Shown: positions 22,260 through 33,113, counted from the stretch's first letter. The stretch: DNA of 64,000 nt from Oscillospiraceae bacterium (GCA_017508045.1 JAFVZT010000031.1:8305-72304); one strand, 5' to 3'. The notes: generated from the letters alone by a model not told the origin. Program-made: numbers and translations.

Positions 22260-22556
22260 CTTTGAAAATACCTCACTTCTATTTTCTTTTTTCTACCCAT
22301 GGTTATGCCACGGACTATGTCAAAAGTATTATACCATTTCTTTACTGTAAATTGCAACACCGAACAGCATAAAATAACGACCAAAAATTAATAAAAATAT
22401 CATTCTTCTTCTTGCAATCCGACGAGAATGCTTACCAAAAGGAAGAAACACCCTGAGAATCACAATGGCACGGGATTATATTAAAAACAATGCTTGTATA
22501 CAGCTTGAATTTGTGGTATAATATTTGACAACATTTTAATGGAACAGGAGGCACCT

Positions 22557-25382
22557 ATGAACGATAAAATTCGAATTCAGGGAGCCAGAGAGAACAATCT
22601 TAAGAACGTGGATTTAACTATTCCAAGAGATAAGCTAGTTGTATTTACCGGACTTTCCGGATCCGGAAAGTCCAGTCTTGCCTTTGATACAATTTATGCA
22701 GAAGGACAGCGACGTTATGTGGAAAGTCTCAGTGCTTATGCAAGGCAATTCTTAGGACAGATGGACAAGCCGGATGTGGACAGTATCGACGGCCTGTCGC
22801 CGGCAATTTCCATTGACCAGAAAACAACATCTAAAAATCCGCGCTCCACTGTAGGTACAGTTACCGAGATATATGATTACCTTCGTCTCCTGTGGGCGCG
22901 TGTTGGTGTGCCGCATTGTCCCAGCTGCGGCAAGGAGATACAGCGCCAAACCATAGACCAGATTGTTGATCGGATTGAGTTACTGGGTGAGGGGACGAAG
23001 TTTATAGTTCTGTCACCGGTAATTCGTGGCAAAAAGGGTGAGCACGTCAAGGTGTTTGAAGATGCCAGAAAATCCGGTTTTGCCCGGGTGCGTGTAGATG
23101 GCATTCAATATGATCTGAATGAGGAAATTTCATGCGAAAAGAACAAGAAACATACCGTTGAATTGGTTGTGGACCGTCTGGTCATCCGGGACGGTCAGCG
23201 CCGTCGTCTTACGGATTCCGTAGAAACGGCGTGTCATCATTCCGGCGGTCTAGTTGTCATTCAAATTCCGGAAACCGGGAAGGAAATCAGCTTCTCTCAA
23301 AACTATGCCTGTGAGGATTGCGATATCAGTCTTACAGAACTGGAGCCACGGATGTTTTCCTTTAATAACCCTGCCGGTGCCTGCCCGACCTGCACAGGTT
23401 TGGGCTTTCAGCTCATTGCCGACGAGGATTTGGTAATTCCGGATAAAACAAAATCCATTTTTGATGGTGCGATACAAGCCTCCGGCTGGAGCAGCGCCCG
23501 TACAGATTCGATTTTTCGGATGTATTTTGAGGCGCTTGCGCAGAAGTATCGTTTTTCATTGACAGCTCCGGTATCTGAATTGTCCAAAGAGGCTATGGAT
23601 ATAATTTTAAACGGCACAAAGGGTGAGAAGCTTCGAATGACCTATAACCGGGGCAACGGTATGGGCGTTCTTGAACAACCTTTTGAGGGTATTCTGAATA
23701 ATATCAGCAGAAGATATCGGGAAACGATGTCTGATGCAGCCCGCAAGGAGCTGGAGGAATGTATGACAACCGCGCCCTGTCCTGCCTGCCATGGGGATCG
23801 TCTTTCTTCCATTGCCCGTGCGGTTACCGTGGGCGGTATTGGCATTATGGAGTTTTGCCGTATGAGCATCCGCCAAGAGCTTGCCTTTATGGAGAATCTT
23901 TGTTTGGAGGGCAATATGGCGCTTGTTGCCCAGCAGATTGTTCGTGAGATTAAGGCCAGACTGCGCTTTTTGTCGGATGTTGGGTTGCAGTATTTGACAC
24001 TGTCCAGAGCTTCTGCAACACTTTCAGGCGGCGAAAGTCAGCGTATTCGCCTGGCAACGCAAATCGGTTCTTCATTGATGGGTGTTCTGTATATCCTGGA
24101 TGAGCCATCCATTGGCTTGCATCAACGGGACAACGATAAGCTTCTAAGGACGCTCAAGCACCTTCGTGATTTGGGGAATACCCTTATTGTTGTTGAGCAT
24201 GATGAAGATACGATGCGGGCTGCAGATTATATTGTGGATGTAGGTCCCGGTGCAGGGAGCCACGGAGGTCGGATTGTGGCGACAGGCACTTACGAGGAGA
24301 TTGTAGCTTGCTCCGAATCCATCACCGGTCAGTATCTCTCCGGAGTTAAGAAAATCCCTATTCCACCCAGAAGACGGGAAGGAAATGGGAAATGCCTTAC
24401 CATTCTTGGTGCGAATGAGAATAATTTAAAGAATGTTGATGTGTCAATTCCCCTGGGGACACTGACTTGCGTAACCGGTGTTTCCGGATCCGGAAAGTCC
24501 AGTTTGGTGGGTGAGGTTTTAAACAAGACCCTTCTTGGCAAATTGAATCACGCCCGCACACGACCCGGTATGTGTCGTTGTATCAATGGTATTGAGCATC
24601 TGGACAAGGTCATTGACATTGATCAAAGTCCGATCGGAAGAACCCCTCGGTCCAATCCGGCGACCTATACCGGACTGTTTAATGACATCCGGGATTTGTT
24701 TGCATCCACTGCAGATGCCAAGATGCGGGGCTACGGTCCGGGAAGATTTTCCTTTAACGTTAAAGGCGGCAGATGCGAGGCCTGCTGTGGTGACGGACTG
24801 GTAAAAATTGAAATGCATTTCCTTGCGGATGTCTATGTGCCGTGTGAGGTTTGCCGAGGTCAACGCTATAACAGGGAAACCCTGGAGGTGCAGTATAAAG
24901 GTAAAAATATTGCACAGGTTCTGGATATGACGGCTGAAGAAACGGTAGAATTTTTCGAAAATCTTCCGAAAATTCGCAAAAAAGCGCAAACCCTTGTTGA
25001 GGTTGGTCTTGGCTATGTAAAATTAGGTCAGTCCAGCACGACACTGTCGGGAGGTGAGGCCCAGCGCGTGAAGCTTGCAACAGAGCTTGCAAGAGCATCT
25101 ACGGGACGCACGATTTATGTTTTGGATGAACCCACAACAGGGCTTCACTCTGCGGATGTGCATAAGCTGATTGATGTACTGCAGAAGCTGGTGGATGTCG
25201 GAAATACGGTTTTGGTAATTGAGCATAATTTAGATGTGATTAAATGTGCAGATTTCATTATTGATCTTGGACCTGAGGGTGGAGATGAGGGCGGTTACAT
25301 TGTTGCACAGGGTACTCCGGAACAGGTTGCGCAAGTGAAGCAGAGCTACACCGGTCAATATTTACGTCGTTATTTCGAATAA
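22557..25382 (+). CDS. uvrA: Excinuclease ABC subunit A
   Basis: Two ABC domains ([16 protein letters not shown]), Zn fingers, LSGGE; RBS AGGAGG. Confidence 0.98.
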   Translation: MNDKIRIQGARENNLKNVDLTIPRDKLVVFTGLSGSGKSSLAFDTIYAEGQRRYVESLSAYARQFLGQMDKPDVDSIDGLSPAISIDQKTTSKNPRSTVGTVTEIYDYLRLLWARVGVPHCPSCGKEIQRQTIDQIVDRIELLGEGTKFIVLSPVIRGKKGEHVKVFEDARKSGFARVRVDGIQYDLNEEISCEKNKKHTVELVVDRLVIRDGQRRRLTDSVETACHHSGGLVVIQIPETGKEISFSQNYACEDCDISLTELEPRMFSFNNPAGACPTCTGLGFQLIADEDLVIPDKTKSIFDGAIQASGWSSARTDSIFRMYFEALAQKYRFSLTAPVSELSKEAMDIILNGTKGEKLRMTYNRGNGMGVLEQPFEGILNNISRRYRETMSDAARKELEECMTTAPCPACHGDRLSSIARAVTVGGIGIMEFCRMSIRQELAFMENLCLEGNMALVAQQIVREIKARLRFLSDVGLQYLTLSRASATLSGGESQRIRLATQIGSSLMGVLYILDEPSIGLHQRDNDKLLRTLKHLRDLGNTLIVVEHDEDTMRAADYIVDVGPGAGSHGGRIVATGTYEEIVACSESITGQYLSGVKKIPIPPRRREGNGKCLTILGANENNLKNVDVSIPLGTLTCVTGVSGSGKSSLVGEVLNKTLLGKLNHARTRPGMCRCINGIEHLDKVIDIDQSPIGRTPRSNPATYTGLFNDIRDLFASTADAKMRGYGPGRFSFNVKGGRCEACCGDGLVKIEMHFLADVYVPCEVCRGQRYNRETLEVQYKGKNIAQVLDMTAEETVEFFENLPKIRKKAQTLVEVGLGYVKLGQSSTTLSGGEAQRVKLATELARASTGRTIYVLDEPTTGLHSADVHKLIDVLQKLVDVGNTVLVIEHNLDVIKCADFIIDLGPEGGDEGGYIVAQGTPEQVAQVKQSYTGQYLRRYFE

Positions 25383-25386
25383 AATA

Positions 25387-25410
25387 TTCCCCGATCGTTT
25401 GATCGGGGAA
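25387..25410. terminator. Terminator between uvrA and the kinase-like gene
   Basis: TTCCCCGATC-GTTT-GATCGGGGAA. Confidence 0.65.
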
Positions 25411-25415
25411 GCAAA

Positions 25416-26489
25416 TCAGCATATGCTGTCGTACAGCTCGTCGGGAAGACAATCAGATAATTCCAAAAGTGTATTGTCCCGCCCACCTGCATAATCTGTC
25501 ACCAAAAGTATCGGAGACCGGACAACAGTGTTCTTTGATTTTTTTAAGGCTACAGTCATTGTGAACCGGACAAGTGTATCATCCGGAACTTCCATAAGAA
25601 CAACTCCTCCGTGGGCGGAAGCGACGGAATGAATGATAGACAGACCGAGACCGATGCCGGTATTTCCTGTTTCAATACCCGGTTCCCGGAGATATCTGGA
25701 AAAAATGTTATTTTTAATTGGGTTATCTATTTGGTTTTCAATGGAAAAAACGAGGCGATTTTCGCTTTTTCTCAGATTTGCACGAATAACTGACCCGACA
25801 GGGGAGAAACGCAGTGCATTGGATATAAGATTGAGAACTGCACGCTCTAATCTCTGCACATCAACCGGATATAATAGTGGCGTATAAATTGTCTCATATT
25901 CCAGGGTTTTTCCCGCCTTGGCTGCCAGTGCGGCGGCTTTTTCCAAAATCTCATTGAAGACAGCAGTTATGTCTCGTGTTTCTTTTCTATCAGAATTTCC
26001 ATTCTTGTAAATTGCAGCATCGGACATATTGCATATTGTGCGAAGCAGTTGATGCAGACTGCGGTTTACTTGGCAAAGCTGAAGACGAACTTCCTCGTTT
26101 TTGCAAACAGCATCATCCGGCAAAAGACTTTCTGTTACAGCCATAGCGTTGGACAGAGGCTCTCTGAGCTGTTGAGCAGCTAAGGCATAAGCACGAAGCT
26201 CGGGATTCTCATAGTCCGATTCCAAGCAGAAAAGCTGTGCATCATCCACAACGGTTACAAAAGCATTGTAGTCTGTGTCACAAATGCGCAGGGTAAGTCC
26301 AAGCCGGCCATGGGTATATTGTTCGTATTCCTTACTTCCGATTTTAATTATATCGCAGACTTGAGTTTGTAATGCAACACTTCGCCGTACCGCGGCTTCG
26401 TTTGCGTGGATAATCACACCGTCTTTAACTAAAAAGGCGGGGCATATGAGCTGTTCAAGCAGATCCGGGGAAGCAGTTGTTTTCTCCAT
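25416..26489 (-). CDS. Soluble orphan histidine-kinase-like protein (degenerate H-box)
   Basis: PAS-like N-terminus, QQLREPL in place of HELRTPL, N-box LNLISNA, G2 box GIGLGLSI; no adjacent response regulator. Confidence 0.75.
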   Translation of the reverse strand: MEKTTASPDLLEQLICPAFLVKDGVIIHANEAAVRRSVALQTQVCDIIKIGSKEYEQYTHGRLGLTLRICDTDYNAFVTVVDDAQLFCLESDYENPELRAYALAAQQLREPLSNAMAVTESLLPDDAVCKNEEVRLQLCQVNRSLHQLLRTICNMSDAAIYKNGNSDRKETRDITAVFNEILEKAAALAAKAGKTLEYETIYTPLLYPVDVQRLERAVLNLISNALRFSPVGSVIRANLRKSENRLVFSIENQIDNPIKNNIFSRYLREPGIETGNTGIGLGLSIIHSVASAHGGVVLMEVPDDTLVRFTMTVALKKSKNTVVRSPILLVTDYAGGRDNTLLELSDCLPDELYDSIC

Positions 26490-26506
26490 AGTGGAAATCC
26501 TCCGGT

Positions 26507-26536
26507 ATTATATATTTTCTCGACATATTTCGACAA
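26507..26536 (-). promoter_or_regulatory. SigA-like promoter overlapped by tandem Spo0A-like boxes
   Basis: Minus strand TTGTCG-18-TATAAT; TGTCGAA (26529-35) and TGTCGAG (26519-25) spaced 10 bp. Confidence 0.55.
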
Positions 26537-26607
26537 ACTGTTTATTAATGATATATTAGCGGATTTGCGTCAAAATTGCAAGATAAATCATTTTTTGAGG
26601 TGAAACT

Positions 26608-27306
26608 ATGCAAATACATAAAGAACATCGTGCCAGAGTGCGTTCACGGTTCCTTCAGGATGGGCTGGATGGTTTTGACGAACATCAGGTTCTGGAGATG
26701 CTGCTGTTTTACTGTATCCCGAGAAGGGATACGAATATAATTGCCCACAACTTAATTAATCGTTTTGGCTCGCTGGCTCAAGTAATTGATGCTCCTGTAA
26801 AGGAACTTGCAAAGGTTGACGGTGTCGGAGAAGGGACAGCAGTATTCATATCCTTTCTAAGCCAATTTGATCGGTACTATAATACAAATAAAAATCAGGA
26901 ATTCCAAATTTTGAACACCATAGAAGATTGCGGAAATTATTTGCTGCCGTATTTTAACGGACGACATAAGGAAACGGTTTATATGCTTTGTTTAGATGCC
27001 AAGTGTAAGGTATTGTCCTGCCGGCTGATTGAAGAAGGCAATGTCAATTCTGCCGGCATCTCCATTCGCAAAATTGTGGATATGGCATTAACGGAGAATG
27101 CGACCTCTGTTGTGTTGGCGCACAATCATCCCAGTGGTCTGGCGGTACCGTCTGATGAAGATATTGATACAACTGTGAAGATAGCAAAAGCATTGCGCTT
27201 TGTGGATGTGGTTTTAACAGATCACATAGTAGTTGCAGACGGAGAATTTGTATCTATGGTGCTGTCAAAATACTATAACCCAAATGATTCCTTTAATGAT
27301 TTCTAA
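26608..27306 (+). CDS. radC: RadC (JAB domain) protein
   Basis: HRARVR, HhH VDGVGE, LAHNHPSG..PS..D, DHIVV. Confidence 0.93.
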   Translation: MQIHKEHRARVRSRFLQDGLDGFDEHQVLEMLLFYCIPRRDTNIIAHNLINRFGSLAQVIDAPVKELAKVDGVGEGTAVFISFLSQFDRYYNTNKNQEFQILNTIEDCGNYLLPYFNGRHKETVYMLCLDAKCKVLSCRLIEEGNVNSAGISIRKIVDMALTENATSVVLAHNHPSGLAVPSDEDIDTTVKIAKALRFVDVVLTDHIVVADGEFVSMVLSKYYNPNDSFNDF

Positions 27307-27318
27307 ATGGGAGACTTT

Positions 27319-27729
27319 ATGAAGCTGATTGTGTGCTTGGATGACAGAAACGGTATGCTTTTTAATAAACGGCGCCAAAGCTCCGATATACGGGTAACGC
27401 ATAAAATTCTCGAGATTGCTTCGGCAAGACCGATCTGGATGAACAAATACTCTGCTTATTTATTTGCTGAGCAACAAGGAAATATCCATATTGCAGAAAA
27501 TTTTCTGGAACAGGCCTACGGTGATGTGTACTGCTTTGTTGAAAATGTGGATCTGACGCCATACCTTTCTATGACAGATGAATTGATTGTATTTCGATGG
27601 AATCGATTATATCCCTCCGACTTTTGCCTTCCTGAGCTTCCTGAAACACTTAAAAAAACCAGCAGTGAAGATTTTCAAGGAAATTCTCATGAGCGCATAA
27701 CTATGGAGGTATACCGCAGTGAAAAATAA
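27319..27729 (+). CDS. Conserved clostridial hypothetical protein, DHFR-like pattern
   Basis: MKLIVCLDDRNGMLFNKRRQS..WNRLYPSD; RBS GGGAG. Confidence 0.6.
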   Translation: MKLIVCLDDRNGMLFNKRRQSSDIRVTHKILEIASARPIWMNKYSAYLFAEQQGNIHIAENFLEQAYGDVYCFVENVDLTPYLSMTDELIVFRWNRLYPSDFCLPELPETLKKTSSEDFQGNSHERITMEVYRSEK

Positions 27730-28588
27730 ATTACGATTTGGACTGGTCATCCTGCTTGTTGCTCTTGGTATATTTACGGCTGTCTGGCAGAAATACAGGC
27801 AACCGGATTTTATATCACTTGAGAATATACCTGCTTTTTCCGGTGAACCCTTTGTAGTTCTTCAGGATAATCAACCGAATTTTACGCAGGCAGATATGAC
27901 CACATCTGCCTATGAATATTATTCCGATTTGGATATTTTAGGTCGATGCGGCTATGCAATGGCCTGTATTGGCAGAGAGTTGATGCCTACGGAGGATCGC
28001 GAAAGTATTTCTTCTGTTAAGCCATCCGGTTGGGTACAGGCACAATACGATATTGTAGACGGTAAAAATCTCTATAACCGATGTCATTTGATTGGGTTTC
28101 AGCTTACCGGTGAAAACGCAAACGAAAAGAATCTGATCACCGGAACGCGATACTGCAATGTGGAGGGGATGCTTCCCTTTGAAAATATGGTTGCCGATTA
28201 CATTAAAGAGACGGGTAACCATGTACTTTACCGTGTTACGCCGATATTTGATGCCGCCTGTTTGGTTGCAAGAGGCGTACAGATGGAGGCAAAATCCGTG
28301 GAGGATAACGGTGAAGGTATATGCTTTCATGTGTATGTTTACAATAGTCAGCCGGGAGTAATTATTGATTATCGCACCGGAAGCAGTTCTGCTTCAGAGA
28401 ATACGGTGTCCACGGGTTCAACTGTAACAAACCCTACATATATTCTCAACACGGTGACGAAGAAATTTCACAAAATTACTTGTCAGCAGGGACAGGATAT
28501 AAAACAGGAGAATAGGAGCGAAAGTAAACTGGAACGCTCTGCGCTTATACAGCAGGGATATACTCCTGCTGGCTGCTGTAAACCATAA
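27719..28588 (+). CDS. Membrane-anchored DNA/RNA non-specific endonuclease (DNA-entry nuclease-like) with C-terminal Ada-like Zn module
   Basis: N-terminal TM, YNRCHLIG, NLITGT..N, YRVTPIF, KFH..C..CCKP. Confidence 0.88.
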   Translation: MKNKLRFGLVILLVALGIFTAVWQKYRQPDFISLENIPAFSGEPFVVLQDNQPNFTQADMTTSAYEYYSDLDILGRCGYAMACIGRELMPTEDRESISSVKPSGWVQAQYDIVDGKNLYNRCHLIGFQLTGENANEKNLITGTRYCNVEGMLPFENMVADYIKETGNHVLYRVTPIFDAACLVARGVQMEAKSVEDNGEGICFHVYVYNSQPGVIIDYRTGSSSASENTVSTGSTVTNPTYILNTVTKKFHKITCQQGQDIKQENRSESKLERSALIQQGYTPAGCCKP

Positions 28589-28714
28589 AAAATCTTTGAC
28601 GGATATGATTTTGTGCTTTACGATATTAATTATTTTGGGCTTTGAGACGGCATCCGAATGATGCAGGGTTTCTGACACATTATAACGGACTTTCAGGACA
28701 AATTTGACGCAAAC

Positions 28715-28753
28715 AGAAGAAACCGACCTGCGATACAGGTCGGTTTCTTCTGT
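28715..28753. terminator. Strong hairpin / terminator
   Basis: CAGAAGAAACCGACCTG-CGATA-CAGGTCGGTTTCTTCTG. Confidence 0.6.
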
Positions 28754-29026
28754 CTATGAACTACAAATAGATACTCTAACAAATTAATGATAAGCATTAT
28801 GCAAATCCATATTTGCTTTTTAATGCATCCGGACCTCGCCGCAACTGTCTGCTGAATAACCGTGTTATTATTCCGGCTTCTATTCCATATAAGCAAGAAA
28901 CCTACCCCAATTTGGGGTAGGTTTTTATTGTGTAAGGACTGTAAAAAAGATATTTTTGCTGTTTTCGTATGAATAGGATCCCCACATAAATTACGGCAAT
29001 GATATACCTTTGCTTTTGCAATGGAT

Positions 29027-29059
29027 AAAAAATCGACAGGTCGAAACCTGTCGATTTTT
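29027..29059 (-). terminator. Terminator after tRNA-Ser
   Basis: AAAATCGACAGG-TCGAAA-CCTGTCGATTTT abutting the CCA end. Confidence 0.75.
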
Positions 29060-29147
29060 GGCGGAGAGTGTGAGATTCGAACTCACGGTACCTTTCGGTA
29101 TCACTAGTTTTCAAGACTAGCTCCTTAAACCACTCGGACAACTCTCC
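29059..29147 (-). tRNA. tRNA-Ser (anticodon TGA)
   Basis: Reverse complement GGAGAGTTGTCCGAGTGG..CTAGT-CTTGAAA-ACTAG, long variable arm, GTTCGAATC, encoded CCA; own TTGACT-17-TATTAT promoter at 29187-29159. Confidence 0.97.
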
Positions 29148-29183
29148 GTGTGGGGATGATAATATCATTTCCACCTTGAAAAG

Positions 29184-29396
29184 TCAAGTCTTTGGCTTGC
29201 GTTCCAGCTTTTCTTTTGAGCCGTCTGGGTTTACCAAATAGGTGTTATCTAGCTGCCCGGTTAGACTTGCCTTGACGGAATCAATATAAATTCTGCGTAG
29301 CTTATCCCGTTCAACAAGCTCATCCTCGGTTAAGCCCTCCTTTTTTGATTTCCTTGCCAGTTCATTAATCCTTTTGATAACCTCGTTCATATCCAT
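29184..29396 (-). CDS. DUF896 / YnzC-like small protein
   Basis: RINELARKSK..GLT..E..ER..LR..YI. Confidence 0.9.
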   Translation of the reverse strand: MDMNEVIKRINELARKSKKEGLTEDELVERDKLRRIYIDSVKASLTGQLDNTYLVNPDGSKEKLERKPKT

Positions 29397-29404
29397 AAGA
29401 AACC

Positions 29405-30190
29405 TCACACATAGCGGTCAATGACCACAGATATACGGCCTTTTTTCGTCTGGCCATTGACGAGTTTAAGACAAATTTTTCCGAAACCGCGAAGAGAAAT
29501 TTTATCACCCTCAGCAATAAGTCTATCCGGCTTTTCGCAGTTTACACAGTTTACAGTCACTTTACCTGCTGTAATATATTGATTAGATAATCCTCTGCTG
29601 ATGCGGAAGCCGGAAGAAATGACGCTGTCCAGCCGCATAGATGCCAGTGTGTCGCGAATTTCTTTTGTTACCGGCTCCGACAGCTCCAATTCGGAAAAAT
29701 TAATTTGCTTTAGTTGTAATTTGACCCGTCCTGAGCTGCTGAAATTTTGCAGAACATAGGGGGAAATCTCAGCGGTTACAAAGAAATCGCACAGGCCTGT
29801 TCCTACGCAAATATCTCCAACGGTTTCCCTTGCGATGCCGACACCCATTAACGCACCCAGAAAATCACGATGACTAAGGGCATACTCCTCATAAAATGTT
29901 GCGCGAAGACAAGCAACGGGACTGTCATCCCGGATCAATGCTGCTTCATCCATATATTCGGGCAAGTAAACCAGCATTTTTCGTTCTGCTTCCGGATAAC
30001 CGCCAAAGTAGACAAGTCCGTCGGAATTACCAAACAGATATTGGGTCATTTCCTGCTCACGCTGAGAAAGAAAACCGGTATTGGCCGGGATGTTCCTTCT
30101 CAGACCTGATTGAATTTTGTCCCATATCTTGGCAAGCAATATTTTTTCGTCTGATGTTTTGGCAATTTTCTCAATATTATTCCTATCCAT
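29405..30190 (-). CDS. ylmH: YlmH-like S4 RNA-binding protein
   Basis: FGGYPEAER, HRDFLGALM, SMRLDSV, ISLRGFGK. Confidence 0.88.
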   Translation of the reverse strand: MDRNNIEKIAKTSDEKILLAKIWDKIQSGLRRNIPANTGFLSQREQEMTQYLFGNSDGLVYFGGYPEAERKMLVYLPEYMDEAALIRDDSPVACLRATFYEEYALSHRDFLGALMGVGIARETVGDICVGTGLCDFFVTAEISPYVLQNFSSSGRVKLQLKQINFSELELSEPVTKEIRDTLASMRLDSVISSGFRISRGLSNQYITAGKVTVNCVNCEKPDRLIAEGDKISLRGFGKICLKLVNGQTKKGRISVVIDRYV

Positions 30191-30297
30191 TGTATTCACC
30201 AAGGGTATTATATCATAGGATTTTTGCATTGCAAGGAAGTTTTTCTTGTTTCATTGATAACAATGCGTTATAATGTTAAAAGAAAGCGGGTGAAGCT

Positions 30298-31512
30298 ATG
30301 ATTATCGGCATTATTGGAGCAGGCGCATCGGGAATGTCGGCTGCCTTGGCTGCATCGGAAAATCCTAATGTGCAAGTAAAGCTGTTTGAACGCCACAACC
30401 GGGTAGGCAGAAAGCTTTTAGCAACGGGAAACGGCAGATGTAATTTATCAAATATCTATGCAGGAACGTGTGGCTATCATGGACAGCAGGCAGATTTTAC
30501 AAGGCCTGCTTTATCGAGATTCCATCCGGAGGAAACGCTTTTGTGGTTTCAGAATCTGGGACTATTTACTGTAATTGAAGACAGCGGCAGGGTGTATCCT
30601 TATTCTGACCAGGCTAATTCTGTGGTGGATGTTCTGCGCCTGGCGTTAAATAAACCGAATATATCTGTTCTTGCCGGCTTCGATGTGCAAAAAATCACCA
30701 AGACTGGCACACAGTTTCAGGTTGATTGTATGGATGAACAGATTTTTTGCGATAAAATCATCGTCGCCTGTGGGGGGCTGGCCGGAACCAAGCTTGGCGG
30801 CAGTATGTCCGGCTATAAGCTTTTGTCCAGATTCGGACACAAAAGTACTCGCTTGCGGCCTGCTCTTGTTCAGCTGAAAACCGATTGGGGCGGTGTTGTG
30901 GCGTTAAAGGGTGTTCGCTCCAATTGTCACGTTAGAGTTTTGAAAGACGGTGCATTATTCTCCGAAAGTACCGGTGAAGTGCAGTTTACGGAATACGGGC
31001 TGTCCGGTCCGGTAATTTTTGAGGTCTCCAGAGATGCCTGTTGTGGGTCTGGGCAATGGCACGCAGAGCTTGATTTCCTGCCGGATTATACAGAGGAACA
31101 GCTGATAAACGAATTATATCGCCGCCAAAATGCGCATATGCCTATGGATGAGCTGCTTACAGGTATGCTACACAATCGTTTGGGTAGAGTTATAACAAAA
31201 TGTTCCGGCATACAGAACAAAAGACATACGTCCGAGCTTTCACACTATGAAATTAAGGACATCTGCAGGTCGATAAAGGCTTTTGACATTTCCTTAACAG
31301 AGCCTATGGGGATGGATTGCGCTCAGGTTACCGCGGGTGGTGTATTAACCTCAGATTTTGACCCCGACACTATGGAAAGCCGTTTAGTGTCCGGTTTGTA
31401 TGCCTGTGGCGAGGTTTTAGACATTGACGGTGACTGCGGTGGGTATAATCTGCAGTGGGCGTGGAGTTCCGGTCGCTTGGCAGGAACATCTGCCGGAAAG
31501 GAAGCTCTATGA
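30298..31512 (+). CDS. HI0933/YhiN/BaiN-family flavoprotein
   Basis: GAGASG, GRKLLATGNGRCN, GRVYP, VTAGGV, GGYNLQWAWSSG. Confidence 0.92.
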   Translation: MIIGIIGAGASGMSAALAASENPNVQVKLFERHNRVGRKLLATGNGRCNLSNIYAGTCGYHGQQADFTRPALSRFHPEETLLWFQNLGLFTVIEDSGRVYPYSDQANSVVDVLRLALNKPNISVLAGFDVQKITKTGTQFQVDCMDEQIFCDKIIVACGGLAGTKLGGSMSGYKLLSRFGHKSTRLRPALVQLKTDWGGVVALKGVRSNCHVRVLKDGALFSESTGEVQFTEYGLSGPVIFEVSRDACCGSGQWHAELDFLPDYTEEQLINELYRRQNAHMPMDELLTGMLHNRLGRVITKCSGIQNKRHTSELSHYEIKDICRSIKAFDISLTEPMGMDCAQVTAGGVLTSDFDPDTMESRLVSGLYACGEVLDIDGDCGGYNLQWAWSSGRLAGTSAGKEAL

Positions 31513-33083
31513 TTCGGCTGCGTGAAATATCCCTTCCACCGGAGCATAATGTTGCACAGCTGTCCTATGAAGCAGCAAAAATGCTGAAATTGCCTAACTC
31601 CAAAGTTCATAAGATTAAACTGGTACGCAGAAGTATTGATGCCCGCAAAAAAAGCGACGTTCGGATTGTCTACACAATAGATGTCGCGGTTGAGGGGAAT
31701 GAAGAAAAAATTATTAAAAAGTCCGGTTGTAAACGGGCAAGTATTGCTCCGGCTTCCGGCTACCGTTTACCGAAGGCTGCTGAAAAACCTGCCTGCCGAC
31801 CTGTGGTTGTTGGGTTTGGTCCTGCCGGTATGTTTGCTGCGCTGGTGCTTGCTCTTGCCGGTTTGAATCCGCTGGTTCTGGAACGTGGAGAGGACGCTGA
31901 GACCCGGCACAGGAAGGTTGAACAGTTTTTTAAGACCGGTGAACTGGATATAAAAAGCAACGTGCAGTTTGGTGAGGGGGGTGCCGGTACTTTTTCCGAT
32001 GGAAAGCTAAATACCGGTGTGAATAACCCCCGTATCGGTTGGATTTTGGAGCAGTTTGTAAAGGCGGGCGCCAGGGAGAATATACTTTTTGATGCAAAGC
32101 CCCACGTGGGAACTGATGTTTTGCTGACAGTGGTACAGAATATCCGCAAAAGAATTCTGTCCCTTGGCGGAGAGGTGCGTTTTAACAGTCAGGTTTCGGA
32201 TGTTTTTCAAGAAGGCGGAAAACTGATCGGCTTAATGGTAAACGGCGAAGTCATTCCTTGTGAAAAATGTATATTTGCAATCGGACACAGCGCACGGGAT
32301 ACTTTTGAAATGCTTTTGAAGGCCGGTATTCGTATGGATCCGAAGCCTTTTTCCATGGGTGTCCGGATTGAACACAGTCAGGAGGACATTAACAATGCCC
32401 AATACGGATTAAATAATTCAATTTTGCCACCCGCTGATTACAAGCTTGTAACGCACCTGGATGAAGAAACTGTATATACATTTTGTATGTGTCCCGGAGG
32501 TTATGTGGTCTCCGCGTCATCGGAAGAGGGCAGGCTTGTTACCAATGGTATGAGCTATGCTGACCGGGATGGAGAAAATGCCAATGCAGCGCTGCTTGTT
32601 ACTGTAAATCCTCAGGACTTTCCTTTTGACGGGCCTCTGGGCGGTATGTATTGGCAGCGACAGCTTGAGGAGGCAGCGTTTTTGGCTGGTGGCAGCAATT
32701 TCTATGCCCCGGCGCAGCTGGTAGGGGACTTCCTTACCGGTCGTCCAAGCGTGAGTGCCAGAACAGTAAAGCCAACTTATCGTCCAGGGGTAACCTGGTG
32801 TGACCTGAATCAAGTGTTGCCGGCAAAAATTACGGATGCTCTTAAAAAGGCCATTACCGCCTTTGACGGAAGCTTAAAGGGCTTTGCTAACCCTGATGCA
32901 GTGCTTACTGCGCCGGAAACCCGAAGTTCCTCTCCGGTGCGCATTCTGCGCAATGAGGATAAGCAGTCCGTTTGCCTAGCTGGTCTTTATCCTGCAGGCG
33001 AGGGCGCTGGCTACGCCGGTGGTATTATGTCTGCAGCCATTGATGGTATGCTTTGTGCTGAGGCAATATTGGAGAATATATAA
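31509..33083 (+). CDS. FAD-dependent oxidoreductase
   Basis: GFGPAG, GEGGAGTFSDGKL, TFCMCPGG, GEGAGYAGGI. Confidence 0.9.
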   Translation: MIRLREISLPPEHNVAQLSYEAAKMLKLPNSKVHKIKLVRRSIDARKKSDVRIVYTIDVAVEGNEEKIIKKSGCKRASIAPASGYRLPKAAEKPACRPVVVGFGPAGMFAALVLALAGLNPLVLERGEDAETRHRKVEQFFKTGELDIKSNVQFGEGGAGTFSDGKLNTGVNNPRIGWILEQFVKAGARENILFDAKPHVGTDVLLTVVQNIRKRILSLGGEVRFNSQVSDVFQEGGKLIGLMVNGEVIPCEKCIFAIGHSARDTFEMLLKAGIRMDPKPFSMGVRIEHSQEDINNAQYGLNNSILPPADYKLVTHLDEETVYTFCMCPGGYVVSASSEEGRLVTNGMSYADRDGENANAALLVTVNPQDFPFDGPLGGMYWQRQLEEAAFLAGGSNFYAPAQLVGDFLTGRPSVSARTVKPTYRPGVTWCDLNQVLPAKITDALKKAITAFDGSLKGFANPDAVLTAPETRSSSPVRILRNEDKQSVCLAGLYPAGEGAGYAGGIMSAAIDGMLCAEAILENI

Positions 33084-33086
33084 AGT

Positions 33087-33113
33087 GACGCCCTGACACC
33101 GTGTCAGGGCGTT
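33087..33113. terminator. Bidirectional terminator
   Basis: ACGCCCTGACAC / GTGTCAGGGCGT. Confidence 0.7.

Noticed and set aside
26608-27306. radC as a marker of a mobile element
   Set aside because: Full-length chromosomal-type RadC with HhH; no integrase, relaxase or att duplication seen
28902-29174. 90-aa minus-strand ORF
   Set aside because: Overlaps tRNA-Ser and its terminator; spurious
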